A model generated the notes under the pieces. It saw only the letters and a list, made by a program, of their open reading frames with translations. It made no database searches and was not told where the DNA came from. Of a stretch of DNA of 9,760 nucleotides, positions 1 through 7,964 are shown in pieces (position 1 is the stretch's first letter; the number at the start of each line of letters is the position of its first letter). Made by a program: the position numbers and the translations under genes. The stretch comes from Octopus sinensis (lineage: Eukaryota), in the NCBI RefSeq assembly GCF_006345805.1, contig NW_021827843.1, positions 1 through 9,760 of the forward strand. The letters run 5' to 3'.

Positions 1-78
1 TATATATATATATAATATATAATATATATATATATATATAATATATATATAAGATATATATAGATAGATGATAGATAT

Positions 79-143
<65 letters not shown>

Positions 144-172
144 CAGATAGATAGATAGATAGATAGATAGAT
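1..172. repeat. Compound microsatellite: (TA)n then (GATA)n
   Basis: Direct reading: TA repeats to ~60, then GATA repeats with rare interruptions to 172. Confidence 0.98.
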
Positions 173-412
173 CTAATCACTTTTAACTACAGGCAGATTT
201 CAGAAAAAGTAATACAAAAAAGAAGATAACAAGAAAGAACGAACGAAAGAAAGAAAGAAATAATTTATATATAGAGGGCATTATACATACATGCCAGAAG
301 GCATTATACATACAAGCCACACGCTAAGAGGGACAATTAGTCATTTCTACCAAAAATATTACTAATCCCACCGAATGCAATTTTTCAAAGTAGACATTTA
401 AAAAATATATAA

Positions 413-454
413 CCTGTATCACAGTGATTTCATACTTACGTATTCATCAGCAGG
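413..454 (-). ncRNA. Minimal type I hammerhead ribozyme (left arm)
   Basis: Minus strand reads CCTG-CTGATGA-ATAC-GTAA-GTAT-GAAA-TCAC-T-GTGA-TA-CAGG. Stem I is CCUG/CAGG, the CUGAUGA and GAAA core is intact, stem II is 4 bp with a GNRA loop, and stem III is near-palindromic with a 1-nt loop. AUA triplet; predicted cut between plus-coordinates 417 and 416. Confidence 0.9.
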
Positions 455-527
455 CCTGAATGTATTATAAATAAACAACGACCCTCCCCGCGGGGCAGGG
501 TCGTTGTTTATTTATAATACATTCAGG

Positions 528-567
528 CCTGCTGATGAATACAAGTATGAAATCACTGTGATACAGG
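528..567 (+). ncRNA. Minimal type I hammerhead ribozyme (right arm)
   Basis: CCTG-CTGATGA(532-538)-ATAC-AA-GTAT-GAAA(549-552)-TCAC-T-GTGA-TA-CAGG. Stem I can extend to AGGCCTG(525-531)/CAGGTCT(564-570) with one G-U pair. Loop II lacks GT relative to the left copy. Predicted cut 563/564. Confidence 0.85.
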
Positions 568-668
568 TCTATATATTTTTTTAAATGTCTTACTTTGAAA
601 AATTGCATTCGGTGGGATTAGTAATATTTTTGGTAGAAATGACTAATTGTCCCTCTTAGCGTGTGGCT

Positions 669-733
669 TGTATGTATAATGCCTTCTGGCATGTATGTAT
701 AATGCCTTCTGGCATGTTGTGTATAATGCCCTC
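669..733 (+). repeat. 23-bp tandem unit TGTATGTATAATGCCTTCTGGCA, 2 full copies plus a partial
   Basis: Exact copies at 669-691 and 692-714, partial from 715. Each unit contains the mini-hairpin ATGCC-TTCT-GGCAT. The left arm has one fewer unit. Confidence 0.92.
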
Positions 734-861
734 TATATATAAATTAATATGTTCAATAAGAAATAATTATTTTCGAAATTTTTTCTCTTATGAGGTTTTC
801 ACGCTATCTACCTGACAATTTCTTATTAAGTTTTCCTTATTAAGTAGTTGTCCTTAATTGC

Positions 862-871
862 TATATATATA

Positions 872-915
<44 letters not shown>

Positions 916-992
916 ATATATCTATATATCCATCTATCTATCAATCTATCTGTCTATCTATAAGTCTGCTTATCTGCCTGTCTGTCAGCCAG

Positions 993-1047
<55 letters not shown>

Positions 1048-1050
1048 GTC

Positions 1051-1095
<45 letters not shown>
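862..1095. repeat. Compound microsatellite: (TA)n then (TATC)n
   Basis: Direct reading; TA to ~928, then interrupted TATC/TGTC repeats to 1095. Confidence 0.97.
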
Positions 1096-1799
1096 AATAT
1101 TGTCACGCCTCCTTCCTTCAAACGGGAAGGAAGAGCTATTTTCATCATTCTTGTGGCTATGGCGAAAGAATGTATCTGGTGGACGCGTCTGAAAGAATTA
1201 GAGACAAGCACGTTCCTCTCTAGTCAATCTCTCATCAACTTCAAGTATCACTTGAAACGGAAAGTGAGAGTAGAGAGGCAAGTTTTGTCTAGCGAACGTT
1301 TCAAAAAAAAAGATGGGTGAATGTAGCAAGGATGGCACGTATGAATGACGAAGCCACCTTGAGCATAATCCTATGAACCCAGAAATTGAAAACAGAGGGT
1401 TACCCACTCGCAAACAAATGTGGTAACATATACAATATTGACCAAGGTTACCGTGGTCTTTTTCGTAGGCTTTTCTTCCCACGGATAAACCTTACTTCGT
1501 TCGCCCTTTACACCATACATCATGACCCGTGATAATACACGATCCCTATTGATCGTTTTTTTCCTCTCTCTTTTTCCTCTTTTTTCTCTTCTTTTTTCAT
1601 TTTCTCTTTCTTTGTTCCTTTTCCCTTTATTCTTTTTTTCTTTTCCCTTTTTTTTTGTTCTTTTTTCCTCCCTTTTACGATCCCTTTTGATCGAAAACCT
1701 ACGCCACCTTTTTTTTTTTTCATCCCCCAAAAGAAGCTCTTACTCTACCTTGTAACTTGTCCCATCTGTGTGCAGCCCTGTGTGGCCAATAAAGAAACT
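1096..1799 (+). mobile_element. 3' end of an L1/Tx1-clade LINE: ORF2 C-terminus plus 3' UTR
   Basis: From 1096 translates [71 protein letters not shown]. After a frameshift in the A9 run (1303-1311) it continues RWVNVARMARMNDEATLSIIL* (TGA 1374-1376). The IWxxR...F...W pattern resembles L1/Tx1 ORF2 C-termini. It is followed by a pyrimidine-rich UTR, AATAAA and a microsatellite. Confidence 0.72.
1788..1793 (+). promoter_or_regulatory. Polyadenylation signal AATAAA at the LINE 3' end
   Basis: AATAAA lies a few bases before the element ends in the TATC/TA tract. Confidence 0.6.
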
Positions 1800-1835
1800 T
1801 ATCTATCTATATATATATATATATATATCTATCTA
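1800..1835. repeat. (TATC)/(TA)n microsatellite between the two LINE fragments
   Basis: Direct reading. Confidence 0.95.
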
Positions 1836-2438
1836 ATGGTCATCTATCTAGACCTTTTAACATCATGCGTTCGGTTCGTCATGGATGCCCCCCTCTCATC
1901 GCTTCTGTATGTATTGACTCTTGAGCCACTACCGCGGAAACTGGCGACGCTGAGGGGCATCCCACGAGAGATGGGATGCGTGAGAAACGTATCTGCATAC
2001 GCGGACGACGTCACCGTCATAGTGTCGAGCCACAAGCACATCGCCTTGGTCGGCTAGACACTATAAGAATACGAAGCGGTAACGGGAGCAAAAATTAACC
2101 GGGAAAAGTCAGTGGGCTTGCGGCTCGGCACCTGGAGAAGCAAGCCCATGCCGTCCAACAGCGTCTCCATCGTGGTACACTGGACCGACGGACCGGTTAA
2201 ATTGCTCGGAGTCTGGTTCGGTCCGGACCTCCAAATGGAGAAGAACTGGGGCGAAATAACGCCCAGGGTGGTCACTCTCACCCAGTAAAGGGCTGAGAGG
2301 AAGCTATCCCTAAAAGGTCGGGCGGAGGTGGCGAACGCGTACATCGCATCCGTCATCGAGTATCGTCTGACCATCGTGCCTTGTCCCGACCCTACCATCA
2401 CCAAACTGGAATGCATGCTCTTCCGCTTCCTGTGGAAA
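1835..2438 (+). pseudogene. L1/Tx1-clade LINE reverse transcriptase fragment, disrupted
   Basis: NGHLSRPFNIMRSVRHGCP, then a +1 frameshift in the C6 run (1888-1893), then LSSLLYVLTLEPL...VSAYADDVTV (YADD 1998-2009)...G*TL*EYEAVTGAKINREKS...VKLLGVWF...KLSLKGRAEVANAYIASVIEYRLTIVPCP...FRFLWK. These are typical L1/Tx1 RT motifs (RQGCPLS, YADD, GAKIN, LS.KGR, FLW), with several stops. Confidence 0.93.
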
Positions 2439-2620
2439 CCGAAACGTTGGTAGAATTGGGAATAATATCATTCCGTGTCTGCTGAGAAATCAAAGAATTT
2501 TGTTAAAATGGCTCCGCAAATTATGAAAATCGATGTCAGTTGACCGCTTACTGTCGGTTCCTTGCTGTTAATACGGTTTGTTCGTAGTAAATAGTTTAAT
2601 GACTGATACTACATAAATAC
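2439..2620 (+). mobile_element. Possible PLE-type 3' tail fragment
   Basis: Starts abruptly at the LINE break with CCGAAACGTTGGTA, which resembles a hammerhead 3' half, and ends in ATAAATAC plus (TA)n. Inference from architecture only. Confidence 0.3.
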
Positions 2621-2660
2621 ATATATACATATATATATCTATATATATATGTATGTGGTG

Positions 2661-2693
<33 letters not shown>

Positions 2694-2703
2694 TATATAT
2701 AAT
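2621..2703. repeat. Interrupted (TA)n microsatellite
   Basis: Direct reading. Confidence 0.95.
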
Positions 2704-2740
2704 ACACTTTATTCTAAAGCAGCAGAAATACAACAGAAGG

Positions 2741-2776
2741 TGTTACTCGGAGTTTCACGTTCCCGTTCGTCGGACA
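2741..2776 (-). ncRNA. Hammerhead-like motif with variant core (CCGACGA)
   Basis: Minus strand: TGT-CCGACGA-ACG-GGAA-CGT-GAAA-CT-CCG-AG-TA-ACA. All three stems, a GNRA loop II, GAAA and a GUA triplet are present. U4 is replaced by C and stem I is only 3 bp. Confidence 0.6.
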
Positions 2777-3998
2777 ATTTTGTTAAAATAGAACCGAGAT
2801 GACAATTTGATCAAAACTAGCTAAAGGATACACCTTTAAAAATGGTTTGTTTCATTGGCCTTTCAAATAACGGTCTTAGAAGCGATAAACAAAATAAACA
2901 AAATAAATGAATTCAATATAAAATTATAAAATCGAGGAAAAACCTTAAATCGAAGAGCGGATTCAAAATACATATTGTGTCAGTTAATTATATAGAAATA
3001 TAATTCGATTATACAATTAATACATGAAAATTAAAATCAAAATATATTTAAATATTTCACAACTGTATATACTCATACTAAATCATCAATATACATTATA
3101 CATCAAATACAACAGATAGATGTCACAGACCACATACATATACAGACATATAAATGCAAAACGAAAATATACACACACTACAAGCAGTACTACATATGTA
3201 TACGCAATCTGGCTCGCATGCAAAACTCACTTGGTGTATACATATAGACTAGAAGTAAAAGGCAGAGAGGGGGAAGAAAAGGTAACGATCTTATAAGCAA
3301 CAGAAAGCTAAAGACGTGAGTAAGAGAAGGGGAGAAGGGCGTAAAGTTACAGGACTCAATACAAGTAACGAATAGAGAGAGAGAAAAAATAAGGAAAGAA
3401 AGGAAGAAAGAAAGAAGTCTGACTATGCGTAACGAACGTTTACAAAATAAAATTACGTATACATGTGTATATAAAAGTGTATATTAGCAGTAAATACACA
3501 TATAAGAACACATATATAAATATATAGAGACAAGTACGTAAATACACATCCACACAAATTCAAGTGAGTACATGCATACATATACATCCATGTATGTATG
3601 TGCGTAAGTATAAACATACACACTCACTTACACATATACATAGACGAGTGCATACGAATACATATGCAGGCCAATACAAATATTCACCTAAACACATGTC
3701 TAGGATCTGACGTATATACAAACAACATTATTCTTTTAAAAATTGCTGAGTGCATAATGATAAAAATTTTAGATAAAAGACATGCAAAATATAACACCCT
3801 ATATTGAACTATCTATAAATTAAATGACCAAAGTGGGTTTATAAAATGCAATAAAATGAAATAAAATAAGTCGAAGGTTTTTCCTAAGAAATATATCGAA
3901 ATATACACAAAAACTTTGCGATGCGGAATAAAACATGCATAATACGAAACAAATCTAACAGTGTGATCAAAAACTAGTCCAAGAATCAAAAATAAACG

Positions 3999-4675
3999 CT
4001 ATCCAGATGGGATATTGATAGTCGACATTTTAGATTTAGCTGTGTGTCTGCATGAATTCAAGAGTTCGCTTCTTTGATTTAAAGAATTATTGTCTTGGAA
4101 TAAAATAAAATATTTTTCCAGCAGACATAAGTCGCACTTGAAATTTCTCTTATGCGCACCGCGCCTGTATGGTGCTGCTCTCTCCAAAATACTCCATGAC
4201 ACGTTGAAAGGTCGGGCTTTTAATTTCGAGACATATTTCGCCAGGCTGGTCTTCGTCCTATTTTCTGAGTATCTAAAGGAATTTTTATGCGAATAAAACC
4301 GGGTTTTAAAAGAATTTTCAGAAGCCCCTGTATAAGTCCTATATTCGCGTGAGCCTTCTATCTGCACCTTGGCTCTATATACGATTCCTTTCTCCAAACA
4401 TTTCCCTTCCAACGGACAGGAGGATCCATCTTTGCAATTACATTTTTTAAGAAGATCGGCACTATGCTTATTAGCAATTATTCTACTGTTGTGTTGGTTA
4501 AAGAAAGAGGCGAAGTTTCAGCAGCAAGAATAGCTGATCTTAAGTGTTCTAATGAATATTCTATATTTTATATGATCCGGTTGAAAATGCCTAGACACTA
4601 ATTTCATTCCCTACCTATATTTGTTTTTACGGCCAAATTGAAAGCTGAGTTGAACCATAAAACTTTCCTAGTCCT
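3999..4675 (-). pseudogene. PLE ORF C-terminus: post-RT linker, CxC-x5-C-x5-C motif and GIY-YIG endonuclease
   Basis: RTRKVLWFNSAFNLAVKTNIGR, a frameshift near 4605, then MKLVSRHFQPDHIKYRIFIRTLKISYSCC*NFASFFNQHNSRII...KKCNCKDGSSCPLEGKCLEKGIVYRAKV...YTGASENSFKTRFYSH...CDLCLLEK...LNQRSELLNSCRH...*. GIVY/YTG plus conserved R, H, E and N of GIY-YIG nucleases. Extends the listed ORF 3999-4412 upstream. Confidence 0.9.
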
Positions 4676-4717
4676 AAAAAAATCCTATCTTATATTTTCA
4701 TAATTAAATATTATTGT

Positions 4718-5062
4718 GAAGGTGCATGGCTCGGTGGTTAGGGCGTTGGGCTCACAATCATGAGGTAGTGAATTCGATTCCCGGATCGGGCTGTGTGTTT
4801 TGTTCTTAAACAAGACACTTTATTTCACTTTGCCTCAGTTCACTCAGCTGTAGAAATGAATTGCAGCATCACTGGTGCCAAGTTGTATCAGCCTTTGTCT
4901 TTCCCTTGGATAACATCGGTGGTGTGGAGAGGGGAGGAGGTTGGTATGCATGGGTGACTGCTGGTCTTCCATAAACAACCTTTCCTGATCAGGTACCTCG
5001 GAAGGGAACTTTCTAGGTGCAATCCCATGGCCATTTATGATCGGAGAGTGTCTTTATCTTTT
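4718..5062 (+). mobile_element. tRNA-derived SINE with a CORE-like central domain
   Basis: A-box TGGCTCGGTGG (4727-4737) and B-box GAATTCGATTCC (4770-4781). 4791-4859 resembles the MIR/CORE motif (ctgtgtg..cttg..caag.cactt...gcctcagtt..ctca.ctgtaaaatg), recalled from memory. The 3' boundary is approximate. Confidence 0.75.
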
Positions 5063-5420
5063 AAATATTTTTAGGAATTGTCATGTTAAATGTTAAAATG
5101 TTTTGTGTTTGTACAAGTATATACAATTTATTGCACATAAACTTTAACAATGAAATCTTGTTTGGACCCCAAGGAGTCATATGAACTCCCTACGAGAACC
5201 ACAGTTCTATTTGAACGAGTCCTTATAACAAAGAAACCTGTCGGTTCGATGTTCCACCCAGATTATCGAAATATCCCTCGTAATCTTTTCATAACGAGAA
5301 TCAAAACACATAAGTTTTACAATATATTTTACACATAACTCACTTTTCACGGGCCCTCAGGTAATAGTTGCTGGATAGATCTAGTTAGTAATTCCTCACG
5401 ACATTTGTTTTTCAACAATC

Positions 5421-5480
5421 TACACTCTGAGTTCAAATCCCGCCGAGGTCAACTTTGTCTATCATCCTAACAGTGTCGTT
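5421..5480 (+). mobile_element. Degenerate fragment of the SINE family seen at 9082-9472
   Basis: TCTGAGTTCAAATCCCGCCGAGGTCAACTTTGTCTATCATCCT aligns to 9325-9367 within this window. Confidence 0.8.
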
Positions 5481-5988
5481 AAATAGTATCAACCCATGGT
5501 TTTGGATAGGTGCAATTATTAGAGCATAGGACGAGATGTCTTGCTGTATTTGCTCCATTTTCTGGGCATTTTGACTTCAAACCCACCTCCTTATCGAAAA
5601 ACAGTGACACTTCTGTTGAGAATTATGACCTGACTAACAAATAGTGTTAGCAATTTGGAAACGAAATACCGAATGGAAACATAACTCTCTGGGTACCATT
5701 GGAAGATCGATTGCTACAGTCACGATAAGAACTTGTCGTTACGGTTGTTATTGTTGCTGTTGTTTAATCAACTCAGTCTATTGCTGAGATGCAATAGATG
5801 TATGACCTCACGCATTTCAGCCGTAACCAACTTGTCTTTTTCTAGCCGCAGTTGTCATCTTTCGGGATTTTACGGGACGGACCACGTCGCCGTATCGACC
5901 GCGTGTATCTCGTGAACGCCTTCCGGCATCGGTCGCGGGTACGTCCACGCGTACGTGGGCCACACCGCGAGCTTAGGTTCGTTCATCT

Positions 5989-6308
5989 GTGAAAGCGCAA
6001 TGGCCCAGTGGTTAGGCCAGCGAACTCACGGTCGGAGGATCGCGGTTTCGATTCCCAGACCGGGCGTTGTGTGTGTTTATTGAGCGAAAACATCTAAAGC
6101 TCCACGAGGCTCCGGCAGGGGGTGGGTGGCGACCTCTGTTGTACTCTTTCGCCCCAACTTTCTCTCACTCTCTCTCACTTCCTGTTTCTTGAGTAACGCT
6201 GCGATGGACTGGCGTCCCGTCCAGCTGTGGGGGAACACATACGCCACAGAAACCGGGAAACCGGGCCCATGAGCCTGGGCAGGCTTGAAAAGGGCGCATA
6301 AAAAAAAA
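5989..6308 (+). mobile_element. Full-length tRNA-derived SINE with poly(A) tail and candidate TSD
   Basis: A-box TGGCCCAGTGG (6001-6011), B-box-like GGTTTCGATTCC (~6045-6057), central CTGCGATGGACTGGCGTCCCGTCCAG...CAGAAACCGGG block and A9 tail (6300-6308). TTCATCT flanks both sides (5982-5988, 6313-6319). Confidence 0.8.
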
Positions 6309-6599
6309 CCCATTCATCTAATGTGTTGTTGTTTCTTCTAATAAATATGATGTGAGGTATATTTGACTGATATTTCTAGCAAGTCGAACAGTCACGTCAA
6401 ACCATCTTTCGCTTACGTCATGCTCTCTATTTTATCTGTCACGCATTCGCTTGCAAACGAATAAAACAACCTGTACTAAGTATAGAAACGGTATTTTTTT
6501 CCCTCTCTATTTGTCTTAAATGCATCATCAAAACGCTAAGATTTCAATCCGCCAAATAAGATTCCGAAAGAGTTCTTTAATTAATTAGTTTGTTCAGGC

Positions 6600-7962
6600 C
6601 CTGGTAGCCAAGACTATGCTGTCATACCACCGCCAGCAGTTTGCTTTAATTTCGAAACTGGACCTGAGATCTACTAGCTGCCAGTACCAAACACAATAAG
6701 GGATCCTCTTACATGGCGAATCAGTTGACCTGCTATAAATAGCATACAAATTTTTCCCTAAATTAGACCCTATTGTCTTCGGAAAGAAAGGATGCATTTT
6801 TAGATAATGCAATTCACTGTAATAAGAAAAAAAGAAAAGAGAAGAGTGACAGAATGAGGAATGGTCACGACTTGAATGAATTTGATTATAGCGGCTCATT
6901 TGTGCCTGAGGAATAAAGTAAATGCAACGTGACAAGAACTGATACCTATTAAAGTAGATATTCGCTCGAATAAACTTCAATTCGCAATAGTAACAGTAAC
7001 ACTTTGAGAATAAAAAAAGCAAGGACGAATGAAAATGAGAATGTGATACAAAATTTTGAAATTTGCGAAACGAAATGAAATACACATAAACTGTTACTGT
7101 TTGTTCGACGCCCCGGACAGCGTTCATAATAGACGACATTGATAGAGAGAGAAATCTCTTGAAATTTCATGGATGTTTTGGAGACAGAAGAAAGTGGAAT
7201 TTCAGTGCAGGGTGGATGCCGTCGAAGAAAAGAGTTAATAGAAAAGTTAAGTTTCTCTCTTGTGAATGTGTTATCACGCATACAGTCAGCCAAGTACTAC
7301 CTGTACATCACCGGAATCGGTTCAGGAAGCTGTGAAACATTCGACTCCTAATGAACACCAACATACACATAAGTTAGTGTTGTTCCGGCTCATTCTTGTT
7401 CCCATCGCTAAGTTAGTAAAATACAAGTAGAAATCTTGGGAGAACGAATAACAGCTTGTTGGCAGTAAGTAGTTAAAGAAGCGAAGAAGTGTAATGGTGC
7501 TGGTTTTGAATGAGGTGGAGTAGCTAAAGGAAAGATTTAGGAATGGAGAGGCCATCCTTATAGGGCGTGAATGAGAAAATGGATCCTGAATTTCAGAATA
7601 AATTCGGTTAACAGCATTCACAGGTGGGGGAAAAATAGCTAGAAGCAAGGTTCATGTTTTGGTGTAGCATAGAAGGCAGGACCCGGAATTGTCATTAGTT
7701 TAGCGCGATTTGAACTAAGGAGGAAAACTGAAAGCAGATATGATGGAAGAGTCGGGATTTGTGGGGTTTGTAAGTGAAGTTGAAGGTTATGGGCAAAAAT
7801 AGAGTGGAGAAAATGAATTTGTGTACTTTGTTGGAGGAGAGTTTTCAGCTGAGGAAGTTACGTTCGTTGGATAGTTTCTGGTAGAATTTTCAATTGCTAA
7901 ACAGCTGAGGCGCTTCCTCTTCGTAGACGTTTGTACACCAAACCACAAAATTGCAGCTTTAT
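6600..7962 (-). pseudogene. Heavily decayed Penelope-like RT, possibly with a decayed endonuclease
   Basis: Ordered PLE-RT-like blocks across shifting frames: YEEEAPQLFSN*KFYQKL (7925-7872), LTNPTNPDSSIISAFSFP (7774-7721; cf. IHKPxxPGRPIVSxxxxP), TITLLRFFNYLLPTSCYSF, AMGTRM (7408-7391; cf. GxAMGT), MYR*YLADC (YLADC 7296-7282; cf. RYIDD) and HPPCTEI...SKTSMKFQEISLSI (cf. HP.LKFT.E.S..S..FLDI.V.I). The part below ~6900 is weak. Confidence 0.68.
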
Positions 7963-7964
7963 TA

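Larger units (their letters stand above)
261..746. mobile_element. Long palindrome/fold-back element: inverted dimer of a hammerhead-containing unit (PLE pLTR-like or retrozyme-like)
   Basis: 261-485 is the reverse complement of 497-746, apart from a few 1-2 nt indels and one extra 23-bp unit in the right arm. The centre 486-495 (CCCCGCGGGG) is itself palindromic. Symmetry ends at TAATTT(261)/AAATTA(746). The palindrome is seen directly; the PLE/retrozyme origin is inferred from the hammerheads. Confidence 0.8.
2704..4675 (-). mobile_element. 5'-truncated Penelope-like element: ORF end plus probable long low-complexity 3' region
   Basis: ORF remnant at 4675-3999 (see next feature). The strand continues through AT/CA-rich sequence to the hammerhead-like motif and AATAAAGTGTA abutting the (TA)n tract. 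Assigning 2704-3998 to the same element is inferred. Confidence 0.55.

Noticed and set aside
274-733. Palindrome as a DNA-transposon MITE with GAG termini and a TATA TSD
   Set aside because: Symmetry extends 13 bp beyond the proposed termini, and intact hammerheads point to a retro-type origin. Not fully excluded.
669-733. 23-bp repeats as a CRISPR array
   Set aside because: The units are contiguous with no spacers, there are no cas genes, and the context is eukaryotic.
1-1095. (TA)n(GATA)n and (TA)n(TATC)n tracts as outer arms of the palindrome
   Set aside because: An inverted copy would read (TATC)n then (TA)n; the order is wrong, and 173-260 does not match 747-861.
1371-1755. ORFs 1371-1730(-), 1520-1723(-) and 1522-1755(+)
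   Set aside because: K/E/R-rich or F/L/S-rich translations of the LINE polypyrimidine 3' UTR; no domain signal.
3598-3807. 69-aa ORF
   Set aside because: Translation of CA/TA-rich low-complexity sequence, antisense to the PLE 3' region.
4727-4781. tRNA genes at the SINE heads (also 6001-6057 and 9269-9345)
   Set aside because: A/B boxes are present, but I could not fold a complete cloverleaf and the sequences run on into SINE bodies.
5150-5338. 62-aa ORF
   Set aside because: Short, no recognisable motif, no splice or context support.
6906-6912. CTGAGGA hammerhead-core match
   Set aside because: No stem II/GAAA follows.
7849-7855. CTGAGGA hammerhead-core match
   Set aside because: No stem II/GAAA/stem III follows; it lies antisense within the decayed PLE RT.
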